Shown in pieces: positions 50,111-58,886 of a DNA stretch of 64,000 nt. The notes beneath the pieces are model-generated. The model searched no databases. It saw only the letters and a list, made by a program, of their open reading frames with translations, and was not told where the DNA came from. The DNA is from an uncultured virus (IMG/VR IMGVR_UViG_3300000255_000001). Its lineage: Duplodnaviria; Heunggongvirae; Uroviricota; Caudoviricetes. The stretch is from IMG/VR virus record IMGVR_UViG_3300000255_000001; one strand, written 5' to 3'. Both the position numbers and the translations under genes were made by a program. The stretch's first letter is position 1, and the number at the start of each line of letters is the position of its first letter.

Positions 50111-51585
50111 GAGAAAACCTTGTAGAAACACAGGGAAACTATGCCATCTACTTACCAGCCATTAGTAGTTTTTATGCCGCATATGTAGGCAAACAACGAT
50201 ACGAAGAATTTGTACCCCAAGATAGAATTCCGTCTCGTTTTACTAGTGGTATAGAAGGCTTAAACTTCCTTAATATGCGTGAAGGATATTTTAAGTATCC
50301 TTGGGCATTGTATTCTGCGGGTCATGCTGATATGAATTTAGATAAGTTCTCTGCTAAAGAGGACATGGTCCGCAATAGAGCACAAGACACTGTATTAGTA
50401 GGTGACAGCGGTGGATTCCAAATATCCAAGGGTGTGTGGATGGGAGAATGGCTGGAACCATACGGTGTTGATAAGAAAACTGACGAAATACGCGAAAAAG
50501 TATTACGGTTTTTAGAAGGCACATTTGATTACTCAATGGTTCTTGACTTACCTACGTTTAGTGTTACTCACTCACATTTACACGGACTTGATACTTGGCA
50601 AAAATGCTTGCAAGGCACGTTAAACAATAATGATTACTTCGCACAAGCACGTGAGCCAGGTGCTACAAAGTTTTTAAACGTATTACAAGGCAACAATTGG
50701 AAGCAATGTGAGGAATGGTATGAGGCCGTTAAACCATACAGCACAGGCGAGAAGGCAAACTTTGAGGGATGGGCATTAAGTTCTATCAATAAAAAGGATG
50801 TAGAGATTGCTATACGCAGACTATTGAAAATGCGTGAGGATGGATTTTTAGGTGAGACAGAATGGATGCATTACTTGGGCACAGGTGAATTGCTTTGGAG
50901 TATTGTGCTCACATCATTTCAACGTGAAATACGTGATAAAATAAACCCAGACATTATACTATCATATGATTGTGCATCACCGTTTTTAGCAACAGCATAT
51001 GGCACGATGTATACAAGCATACACACTGACCATTTACGCAAGGGTTGGACTTATAGAATGCTTAAAGCAGTAGATGACAAAAAGTATTCAACAGATACAA
51101 GAATATTTGATTACAATATTGAATTTCCTGACAGAGATTGGGAACCAAGTCCTATAAGCGAAAGAATACAAATGAATGACGTGTGTCCGTATGGCCCAGG
51201 TGATTTAAATAAAATAGGAAAGGAAGGAAGAACAAGTTGGGATAGTTTTAGTTATGCATTACAAATGGGACACAATGTTTACTTGCATATTTTAGCAACA
51301 CAGCGAGCAAATGAATGTTATGATCAAGGAATAATGCCTAAACAATTAATAGCACCAAATGGCGCTCACATAGCAGAAGTGATTCACGAGATATTTTCTA
51401 AGAAAGATCATGCTAATGCCATTGCTGAAGTAGAGAAATATAGTAGATGGTTTACACGCATCCAAGGGGTAAATACTTCTGAAGCCTATGCAGATGAATT
51501 AGGCATAGAACCAATGGGAAAGGATGAAGTGATGGCCAAGGAAGTATATAGTGCAGAGGAGTCATTTCATAACTTATTTGAGTAA
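50107..51585 (+). CDS. dpdA: TGT-fold 7-deazaguanine DNA transglycosylase (DpdA2-like)
   Basis: GDSGGFQ, MVLDLP, LNVLQG, WMHYLG, SYDCASPF. Clustered with folE/queD/queE. Confidence 0.8.
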   Translation: MRENLVETQGNYAIYLPAISSFYAAYVGKQRYEEFVPQDRIPSRFTSGIEGLNFLNMREGYFKYPWALYSAGHADMNLDKFSAKEDMVRNRAQDTVLVGDSGGFQISKGVWMGEWLEPYGVDKKTDEIREKVLRFLEGTFDYSMVLDLPTFSVTHSHLHGLDTWQKCLQGTLNNNDYFAQAREPGATKFLNVLQGNNWKQCEEWYEAVKPYSTGEKANFEGWALSSINKKDVEIAIRRLLKMREDGFLGETEWMHYLGTGELLWSIVLTSFQREIRDKINPDIILSYDCASPFLATAYGTMYTSIHTDHLRKGWTYRMLKAVDDKKYSTDTRIFDYNIEFPDRDWEPSPISERIQMNDVCPYGPGDLNKIGKEGRTSWDSFSYALQMGHNVYLHILATQRANECYDQGIMPKQLIAPNGAHIAEVIHEIFSKKDHANAIAEVEKYSRWFTRIQGVNTSEAYADELGIEPMGKDEVMAKEVYSAEESFHNLFE

Positions 51586-51728
51586 TGACACTTTTAGAGT
51601 ATATACAGCAACGTATAGAACTAAACAAACAACATAATAATATAATTCGATTTCCTATAGAGAAACGAATCAATGATATAGAGGAGCAAAAACATGGCAG
51701 TAAAGAAAAAGAAAGCAAAAGCAGTTAA
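51585..51728 (+). CDS. possible small hypothetical protein (47 aa)
   Basis: TAATG-coupled to dpdA, MTLLEYIQQRIELN... Confidence 0.35.
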   Translation: MTLLEYIQQRIELNKQHNNIIRFPIEKRINDIEEQKHGSKEKESKSS

Positions 51729-52335
51729 GAACGCGGCCGCGGATAAGGATACAGAAGCAGGTCCAAAACCACAACGCCCACGTGGCCCGCAACCAAGCGG
51801 TGATCCACTATATGATAATAACATTCATATGTTTATGACTGACTTTAATGAAGAATCATGTGGTATGGCAATTAGGTTTATACTTGAGAAAAACGTATTA
51901 CCTACAAAATTAAAACCAAAATATCTTACACTAATGATTAATAGTCCTGGTGGTGAAGTTGCACACGCATTTGCTTTAATAGATGTTATGAAGGGATCTT
52001 CTATTCCTGTACGCACAATAGGATTAGGTATGATTGCTTCTTGTGGCGTACTGACATTTATGGCAGGGCAAAAAGGCTATAGAACAATTACACCAAATAC
52101 TAGCATATTAAGTCACCAATATAGTTGGGGCAGTAGAGGTAAAGAACACGAATTATTCGCAGTTGTGCGAGAATTTGAAATGAGTACAGAACGTATGTTA
52201 TCACATTATAAAAAATGTACTGGACTTACTGAAAAGAAGATTCGTGAAGTATTGTTACCGCCACAAGATGTATGGCTTAATGCTGACGAGGCAGTAAAGT
52301 ATGGTGTTGCGGATAAGATTAAATCAGTATACTGA
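51694..52335 (+). CDS. clpP: ATP-dependent Clp protease proteolytic subunit
   Basis: INSPGG, G.IASCG (Ser), LSHQ (His), DVWL.ADEAVKYGVADKI. Confidence 0.9.
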   Translation: MAVKKKKAKAVKNAAADKDTEAGPKPQRPRGPQPSGDPLYDNNIHMFMTDFNEESCGMAIRFILEKNVLPTKLKPKYLTLMINSPGGEVAHAFALIDVMKGSSIPVRTIGLGMIASCGVLTFMAGQKGYRTITPNTSILSHQYSWGSRGKEHELFAVVREFEMSTERMLSHYKKCTGLTEKKIREVLLPPQDVWLNADEAVKYGVADKIKSVY

Positions 52336-52601
52336 TGGAAATCGGAAGGTTTAATATTAATAAAGTTACTGTCCGTGATAGATGGATAGGAGAAACATCG
52401 GGTAAAACTGTAGAAGGCGGCGCACTAAACGCCAGCTACAGAACCGTTGAAGCAGTTGCTATGCTATGCAACCATCTGGGCACATTAGGTCTGATATATG
52501 GCGAAGATTTCACTTGGGACGGTATTGACGCCAAAGGAAATGTAGTGATACAATACAAAGAAGGACACTCATCTTTACTTGACAATATCAAGTGGTCATA
52601 G
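52335..52601 (+). CDS. hypothetical protein
   Basis: 88-aa ORF, TGATG-coupled. Confidence 0.55.
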   Translation: MEIGRFNINKVTVRDRWIGETSGKTVEGGALNASYRTVEAVAMLCNHLGTLGLIYGEDFTWDGIDAKGNVVIQYKEGHSSLLDNIKWS

Positions 52602-52607
52602 TATAAT
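52579..52607 (+). promoter_or_regulatory. sigma70-type promoter
   Basis: TTGACA-N17-TATAAT, with ATG 6 nt downstream. Confidence 0.8.
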
Positions 52608-52613
52608 TACGTT

Positions 52614-52952
52614 ATGACATATATAGTTAATGAACTTTGCGTTAAATGTAAATTAACGGACTGCGTAGAAGTATGCCCGGTGGACTGCTTTTACGAAGGC
52701 GAAAACATGCTAATTATACATCCAGACGAGTGTATTGACTGTGGTATATGTGAGCCTGAATGTCCCATTGAAGCCATTGTACCAGACAATGAATACACGC
52801 AAACTGGCAGTATAGATTGGGCAGAATTCAATGACAAATACTCTAGAATATGGCCCAACATAACAGAGCAAAAGGACCCAATGCCCGACCACAAATCGTG
52901 GGAAGGGGTAGATGGAAAAGAAGAACACGTATCAACTGAACCTGTGAGTTAA
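52614..52952 (+). CDS. fdxA: 7Fe ferredoxin
   Basis: [43 protein letters not shown]. Confidence 0.93.
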   Translation: MTYIVNELCVKCKLTDCVEVCPVDCFYEGENMLIIHPDECIDCGICEPECPIEAIVPDNEYTQTGSIDWAEFNDKYSRIWPNITEQKDPMPDHKSWEGVDGKEEHVSTEPVS

Positions 52953-52954
52953 TT

Positions 52955-53401
52955 ATGAATGAAGTATTCAACATAGACGATCATAGACGTCAATTAAGGA
53001 CAGAAAAAGTCCAACAAATGCCCAAGATGATTTGGGTTAAATTCCAAAAAGAAGGCATACACAAATACCCTGCCGCTTTGGAAGACCCCGCACTAGCAAC
53101 TGGTGATGAGTATGATGTATCCTTTCTTGGATATCCGCATCGCCACACATTCCACTTTAGAGTTACTATACAAGTATTCCACGATGACAGGGATATTGAA
53201 TTTATCCAGTTTAAGCGTTGGATGGAAAACTTGTATGCAGGCACATTACAACTGGACTACAAGTCCTGTGAGATGATTGCTGATGATCTTTATATGGCTA
53301 TTAACGACAAATACCCAGATAGAGAAGTATGGATCGAAGTAGGCGAAGATGGCGAAAACGGCTGCCATTGCGTCTATCCTATAACCTTAGCCGCAGAATA
53401 A
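52955..53401 (+). CDS. dpdL: T-fold QueD-like protein, probable CDG decarboxylase
   Basis: LGYPHRHTF (LxxxHRHxF instead of the QueD CxxxHGH), DRDIEF, SCEMIA, EDGENG. Confidence 0.7.
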   Translation: MNEVFNIDDHRRQLRTEKVQQMPKMIWVKFQKEGIHKYPAALEDPALATGDEYDVSFLGYPHRHTFHFRVTIQVFHDDRDIEFIQFKRWMENLYAGTLQLDYKSCEMIADDLYMAINDKYPDREVWIEVGEDGENGCHCVYPITLAAE

Positions 53402-53406
53402 TAACA

Positions 53407-53667
53407 ATGAAAGAAGCAGTTATAAAGGTCTTTGAAGATCTAGATGAATACCGCAATTTTTGTAGGGAGTTTGGGCGGGTATTTAACGAGGCACATCTAT
53501 ATAAGGGAAAAACTCCTTATGATGATTTCCTTAGATGGAAAGATACGGGCAAGGCACGTCAATGGCCTGGCTATCCCTTTAACCAATATAAAAAGCGATT
53601 CGATAACAAGCGTCATGACAACAGAGAGTACAAAAAACGCGAATACCCAAATTCACGAAATTCTTAA
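53407..53667 (+). CDS. hypothetical protein
   Basis: VFEDLDEYRNFCREFG..FNEAHLY, basic tail. Confidence 0.6.
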   Translation: MKEAVIKVFEDLDEYRNFCREFGRVFNEAHLYKGKTPYDDFLRWKDTGKARQWPGYPFNQYKKRFDNKRHDNREYKKREYPNSRNS

Positions 53668-54052
53668 AGAAGTTCAAAAGGAACATCGCGTATGGGGATA
53701 TTACAGAGTTCTAGGCGACTTCAACGAAGTTAAAGTAAAAGAACTAGTAGTTAGTCCTAGTATGTGTTTAAGTTTTCAAAAACATGAATATAGAAACGAA
53801 TTTTGGTGCGTTAATAGTGGCGTAGCAAGGGTGATACTTAGTGAAGATTACCCACGGGGTAGTAAAACATTAGAGCAAGATTTAATAGAAGATAATAGCA
53901 CTACTGTTATATTACATGAAACTGAAACATTAGTTATACCAGCAGATACTTGGCATCAATTAATTAATCCCTCAAGACAGGAATTAAGCATTGTAGAAGT
54001 ACAATATGGTGACAAATGTGACGAAGAAGATATTACAAGATTATACCAATGA
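53615..54052 (+). CDS. cupin, type II phosphomannose isomerase C-terminal-like
   Basis: RVWGYY, KVKELVV.P..LSFQKH..RNEFW, WHQLINP, IVEVQYG..EEDITR. Confidence 0.85.
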   Translation: MTTESTKNANTQIHEILKEVQKEHRVWGYYRVLGDFNEVKVKELVVSPSMCLSFQKHEYRNEFWCVNSGVARVILSEDYPRGSKTLEQDLIEDNSTTVILHETETLVIPADTWHQLINPSRQELSIVEVQYGDKCDEEDITRLYQ

Positions 54053-55116
54053 ATACAATTTATATTATACCCATTGAACCTATAGATCAACGCTATACAA
54101 AACAATGGTACGATAATATTCCATCACTTCTCAATGAGAAGATAGCCGAACACAATTTAGAATATTGTGTAGAAACTATTGATGGGGTTACTGTTGAAGA
54201 TAAAACCACCAGCGGTGCGTTCCTTGACTTCGGAAAAACAAATGAGTACAAGGCTAGCCAAACCGCGCAAGTAAGTGAATTGTTTAGTAAGGGTCTCATC
54301 CTCCCCGACGACAAATTCCTTATTACTGATGCTTGGAACTTCATAGTAACGCCCATCAAATATATGAGCGAACTGCTTGACATACCTGTAGAGATACACG
54401 GTATTTGGCATGCAGGCGCATACGATCCAACTGACATATTGGGTTTAAAGATGTCCAAACCATGGCCACACTTACAAGAAAAAGCGTGGTATATGGCATG
54501 TGACTATAATTATTATGCAAGTAATTTCCACAAAAACATATTTTTACACAACTTGGAAATACCTGACATATATCACAACAAGGCGATACGTAGTGGGCAA
54601 CCACATAATCCTATTGTAAAACAATTACAACAGTATTATGATAACCCGAAACAAGATACTATTATGTGGCCGCATCGTTATAACGAGGATAAACAGCCTG
54701 AAATTGTAGAAGATCTTAATTTACGTCCGTATAGTGTTTTAATTACTCAGCAGTTAGATTTAAGTAAAGAAAAATACTACGAAGAAATGGGGCGAGCAAA
54801 GGCGGTGTTTAGTTGTAGCCTACATGAGAATTTGGGTATTAGTATGATGGAAGGATGTTTAGCAGGTGCTATTCCTATCGTTCCGGACAGAGCAAGTTAT
54901 AGTGAAATGTACAAGGATGTATTTAAGTATCCAAGTATATGGACTGAAAGTTATGGTAACTATCTAGAGCATAAAAAAGATTTAGAAAATTTTGTTGTGG
55001 AATTATGTGATAACTATGACATTGTGAAAAAAGAATACTTGGATGAACAAGTAGAGGTATTAACACATAATTTCTTAAGTGCCGATATTATGTTTGACAA
55101 CATTCTAGACATATAA
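54049..55116 (+). CDS. GT-B (GT4-like) glycosyltransferase
   Basis: WPHRYNEDKQP, SLHENLGISMMEG..AGAIPIVPDRASYSE. Confidence 0.82.
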   Translation: MNTIYIIPIEPIDQRYTKQWYDNIPSLLNEKIAEHNLEYCVETIDGVTVEDKTTSGAFLDFGKTNEYKASQTAQVSELFSKGLILPDDKFLITDAWNFIVTPIKYMSELLDIPVEIHGIWHAGAYDPTDILGLKMSKPWPHLQEKAWYMACDYNYYASNFHKNIFLHNLEIPDIYHNKAIRSGQPHNPIVKQLQQYYDNPKQDTIMWPHRYNEDKQPEIVEDLNLRPYSVLITQQLDLSKEKYYEEMGRAKAVFSCSLHENLGISMMEGCLAGAIPIVPDRASYSEMYKDVFKYPSIWTESYGNYLEHKKDLENFVVELCDNYDIVKKEYLDEQVEVLTHNFLSADIMFDNILDI

Positions 55117-55176
55117 ATATTAGTAGAGTTACACAAAGGTAACTGATGTAAAACAACAACCGAGTAAGGAAGGAAA

Positions 55177-55857
55177 ATGAGTTATAACAAAACAAAGACT
55201 GACCCTGAGTTGGGTCAGCAAGTCCACGCACATTTATCAGCATTAGGCCTTGAAACGCCTGTCACCTCAAATCTGTATACTCTGTCAAGAACAGATAAGA
55301 TTGAAGCAATTGAAAGCAGAATGCGAGAGGTTCTTGAGATTGTGGGGATGGATTTATCAGACGACAGTTTACTTGACACGCCTAAACGTGTTGCTAAAAT
55401 GTATGTCAACGAAATATTTTGGGGATTACATCCAGATACATTCCCTAAATGCACAGCAGTAGCAAACAAAATAGACTACGATGAGATGGTTGTAGAAAGG
55501 AACATACAAGTGTCTTCTTTTTGCGAGCATCATCTAGTTGCTATAGACGGTAAAGCACACGTAGGTTATATTCCAAATCAAAAAGTATTAGGTTTAAGCA
55601 AGTTAAACAGGATTGTAGAATACTTTTCTAAACGACCACAAATACAAGAACGTTTAACAGAACAAATTTATCACGCACTCAGTTATATCTTAGATACACC
55701 AGAAGTTGCTGTGATAATTGATGCCGCTCACTTCTGTGTTAAGCATAGAGGAGTAGAGGACACAGGTTCATTTACTATTACAAGCAAACTAGGTGGGCGG
55801 TATAAAACAGATACAGCACACAGAGCAGAGTTTATGCAATTGGTACACAGAGTATGA
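55177..55857 (+). CDS. folE: GTP cyclohydrolase I
   Basis: DTPKRVAKMY, SFCEHH, GLSKLNRIV, RPQIQERLT, HFCVKHRG. Confidence 0.97.
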   Translation: MSYNKTKTDPELGQQVHAHLSALGLETPVTSNLYTLSRTDKIEAIESRMREVLEIVGMDLSDDSLLDTPKRVAKMYVNEIFWGLHPDTFPKCTAVANKIDYDEMVVERNIQVSSFCEHHLVAIDGKAHVGYIPNQKVLGLSKLNRIVEYFSKRPQIQERLTEQIYHALSYILDTPEVAVIIDAAHFCVKHRGVEDTGSFTITSKLGGRYKTDTAHRAEFMQLVHRV

Positions 55858-56408
55858 CTAAAATTATAGATACTGATACGCAAGATGTTAAGTCATATGT
55901 ATTAGATATTTGTTATCAAATGAATACAGACAACTGGACACCTGATTATATAGTGGGCATACCGCGAGGTGGTTTATTACCTGCGGTAATGCTAAGTCAT
56001 TATCTTAATCGTCCTATGGTTATACAAGATGTTAGGTTGCGCGATAATGTACAACAACAATCTAATCCTGAAATACCATTAGATGCACTGGAAGGCAAAC
56101 AAATTCTTATCATAGATGATATAAATGACACTGGCGCAACTTTCCAATGGATGGTAAATGATTGGGAGAACACTATAGAGCCACATTTATATGGCGAGGC
56201 AGTACATATGCCAGCGCTGGCATATGTACATATGCCAGCAGAAAACAAAGCATTGTGGCGGCGGAATATTAGATTTGCCGTATTAATTGACAATGAAGGT
56301 AGTGAGTTTAAGGATGTAAAATATTCTGCTCGTTCAATTAACAAAATAGAAGACCCATCGTGGGTTGTATTCCCATGGGAATGTTGGTGGTATTATAGGA
56401 ATTGGTAA
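55854..56408 (+). CDS. purine phosphoribosyltransferase (XGPRT-like)
   Basis: IVGIPRGGLLPA, ILIIDDINDTGAT, WVVFPWE. Confidence 0.88.
   Translation: MTKIIDTDTQDVKSYVLDICYQMNTDNWTPDYIVGIPRGGLLPAVMLSHYLNRPMVIQDVRLRDNVQQQSNPEIPLDALEGKQILIIDDINDTGATFQWMVNDWENTIEPHLYGEAVHMPALAYVHMPAENKALWRRNIRFAVLIDNEGSEFKDVKYSARSINKIEDPSWVVFPWECWWYYRNW
56202..56239. repeat. tandem inversion-duplication (overlapping 28-bp and 24-bp perfect palindromes)
   Basis: GTACATATGCCAGC-GCTGGCATAT-GTACATATGCCAGC. Confidence 0.9.
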
Positions 56409-56488
56409 TGAAACAAAGAACACAATACATATTAGGCATAATAGTAGTAGTAATATTATGTTTTGATTTGGCAGGATGTCAATTATGA
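56408..56488 (+). CDS. 26-aa ORF with lipoprotein signal peptide
   Basis: MKQRTQYILGIIVVVILCFDLAGCQL, TAATG-coupled. Confidence 0.35.
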   Translation: MKQRTQYILGIIVVVILCFDLAGCQL

Positions 56489-56679
56489 TGGAATTTGGAG
56501 TGGCATTTGGTTTAGCATTGGCAGTATATACACTATGGGAATTATACCACAGAGAAATGACGTTTGGACGTAAAATGCTATGGGCAATTGGTATGATATG
56601 TTTTATGCCCTTTGGATCAATGCTTTATTTTCTTATAGTAATACACCCAGTTTTTCATAATCATGATAGGAAAATGTAA
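56476..56679 (+). CDS. two-TM PLDc_N-like small membrane protein
   Basis: KMLWAIGMICFMPFGSMLYFL. Confidence 0.55.
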   Translation: MSIMMEFGVAFGLALAVYTLWELYHREMTFGRKMLWAIGMICFMPFGSMLYFLIVIHPVFHNHDRKM

Positions 56680-57236
56680 TGGAAAATATAATTAGTGGTT
56701 TTGTATATGTAGGTAGAGAAGTATTAGAAATAGTATTCTTAACCTATTTAATAATAGGTTCACTAACTATTACAATGCCAATAATATTATCTGCTATAGC
56801 AGGACTTATTACAGGCGTTAGTGGAGGTTATATTCTAGGTGAGATACTTGAACCGTATGAGTGGGCAACGTACGGTGTGCTCGCATTATTAATGTTGTAT
56901 CTGTTTTTTAATTCGAAAAACATACAGGAACATATTAGTAAACATGTTAAAGAAGCACGGAAAGGTATTGGAGTATTTGCAGGTGCAAGTGCGATATTTA
57001 TTATCTATTTCCGTGAGAGTATGGAGATTAATACATTCTTGTTTATGGATACAGGAGACTTTACATCTAAGTTAATTGGTGCTATAATAGCAATAGTGGT
57101 CGTAGTAATAGCAACACCAATAATAATGAAAAGAAAAATAATACAACATAATTTATTTAATATTACAAGATATACATTTTTATTATTTGGTATTTGGTTT
57201 GCATATGAAGCGTTAGAACACGCACATATATTATAG
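56679..57236 (+). CDS. FTR1/EfeU-like iron permease, short form
   Basis: About 6 TM with two RExxE motifs (REVLE, RESME). Confidence 0.65.
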   Translation: MENIISGFVYVGREVLEIVFLTYLIIGSLTITMPIILSAIAGLITGVSGGYILGEILEPYEWATYGVLALLMLYLFFNSKNIQEHISKHVKEARKGIGVFAGASAIFIIYFRESMEINTFLFMDTGDFTSKLIGAIIAIVVVVIATPIIMKRKIIQHNLFNITRYTFLLFGIWFAYEALEHAHIL

Positions 57237-57246
57237 GAGATATGTA

Positions 57247-57723
57247 ATGAGTGACGTTCCAGAGTTTACATCAACAAAGAGTTTTTATAATTTTCCATGT
57301 GCTCATAGACAACATAAGCACGACGGAAATTGTCATTTGATACACGGCTATAGTCGTAGTTTTCATTTTGTATTTGGTGCACAGACAATGACAAAGGAAG
57401 GGTTTCTTGTCGACTATGGTGACTTGGATGGAGTAAAACAATGGTTAGATGAAAATTATGATCATACATTTGTAGTTGATCATGATGATCCGTGGATGGA
57501 AACATTCCAAGCAATGCACGATGCAGGAGTATGTAAGTTAATTGTGCAAGAAGAAGGTCCGGGTATGGAAGGCACAGCATTCCGTATTTGTATGTGGGCA
57601 GATGAATGGTTGCGGGAACGAACAAGAGGACGAGCATGGGTTATTAGTGTAGAAGCAAGAGAAAATGACAAGAACAGTTCCATTTATACTAACCCTGACG
57701 CTGGCTTTAAAGGTTGGCTATAA
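57247..57723 (+). CDS. queD: 6-carboxytetrahydropterin synthase
   Basis: CAHRQ, CHLIHGY, VDYG, YDHTF, ENDKNS. Confidence 0.9.
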   Translation: MSDVPEFTSTKSFYNFPCAHRQHKHDGNCHLIHGYSRSFHFVFGAQTMTKEGFLVDYGDLDGVKQWLDENYDHTFVVDHDDPWMETFQAMHDAGVCKLIVQEEGPGMEGTAFRICMWADEWLRERTRGRAWVISVEARENDKNSSIYTNPDAGFKGWL

Positions 57724-58886
57724 TAAATTGCAATACAGGATTTCAGCCATTAGTTGAATGTTGGCTTGGTGACTGTTATCGTCCTGACTTTTTTGATTAT
57801 GTTGATAACAAAAAAGTAAAAAATATTCTTAGACAAATAACAGAAGAAACTATAGAAGATTTAGATAACATACGTGAAATACTAGAGAATTATAATGTCA
57901 CAGTTAAACGTCCAAGAATATTCGATTTTGATCATATTTACAACATATATAAAGTCGGCGGTGCGTGTGTTGATGATGAGTTAAATGTAAATATTGATGA
58001 AGTTTTAAGATATTTCCCACGATTAATAGATAAGCAAGGGGTTCAGAATTGGCTCAATTCTTATGATATATATGCTGACCCCGGAACATTGACTCGGCCA
58101 CCATTATTTCCCCGTGATGATCAAATTGTTGTAGATGATACAATGTATAAACTTAGGTCAATTGATCGGGAGTTATATTCTAAATCATATGGAGCTGGCT
58201 GTTCTTCGGCTATATTTTATGAAAACTTATTTGAAGAAATTGAAGGATATGACGGAGAAGTAATTAAAGAGTTTCCAATTAATATTGAAAATTGTATCAG
58301 TAACGGACCAAACATTATTAGATTAGGAGACACTATTATTTTAGATGGATTACCTAGTCCAACATACAGATATTTTAAAGAACGATTTAAAGATTATAAA
58401 ATCATAACTGCTTTCAATGATGGGCATAGTGATGGAATTTATAATCCAATTAAACCTGGTGCTTGGATTAGCAATGGAGAAGCTTTAAATTTTAAAAAAT
58501 ACTTTCCAAATTGGGATGTATTTTACTTGCCTGATGCTCAATGGCCGGATATGTCTCCATTTTTGGAGATTAGAGAAAAAGTAAATGGAAAATGGTGGGT
58601 GCCAGGTGAAGAGCACAATGATGAATTAATTGATTTTGTGGATGCGTGGTTTTCAGAATGGGTAGGCTTTTGCGAGGAAACTGTATGGGACGTTAATGTG
58701 TTAGTGATCAACCCAGAAACTGTATTATGTATTACAGAGAACAAAGATTTGTTTAAGTGGTTTAGATCACACAATATAGAACCCATAGTAGCACCGTTTA
58801 GACATAGATTCTTTTGGGATGGTGGATTACATTGTTTAACACTAGACATACACAGAGAAGGCGGCATAGAAAGTTATGCAAGGTAA
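57714..58886 (+). CDS. amidinotransferase (glycine/inosamine-phosphate type, pentein fold)
   Basis: FQPLVECWLG, PRDD, GHSDG, DVNVLVI, FWDGGLHCLTLD. Confidence 0.8.
   Translation: MAIINCNTGFQPLVECWLGDCYRPDFFDYVDNKKVKNILRQITEETIEDLDNIREILENYNVTVKRPRIFDFDHIYNIYKVGGACVDDELNVNIDEVLRYFPRLIDKQGVQNWLNSYDIYADPGTLTRPPLFPRDDQIVVDDTMYKLRSIDRELYSKSYGAGCSSAIFYENLFEEIEGYDGEVIKEFPINIENCISNGPNIIRLGDTIILDGLPSPTYRYFKERFKDYKIITAFNDGHSDGIYNPIKPGAWISNGEALNFKKYFPNWDVFYLPDAQWPDMSPFLEIREKVNGKWWVPGEEHNDELIDFVDAWFSEWVGFCEETVWDVNVLVINPETVLCITENKDLFKWFRSHNIEPIVAPFRHRFFWDGGLHCLTLDIHREGGIESYAR

Noticed and set aside
50107..51585. Ordinary queuine tRNA-ribosyltransferase (tgt)
   Set aside because: It lacks the bacterial TGT CxCxxC zinc site and is coupled to the DNA clamp, which fits DpdA better.
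55121..55176. Hairpin AGTTAC-ACAAAG-GTAACT with A-rich tail upstream of folE as a preQ1 riboswitch
   Set aside because: The 6-nt loop is too short, and the class I loop and pseudoknot consensus is missing.
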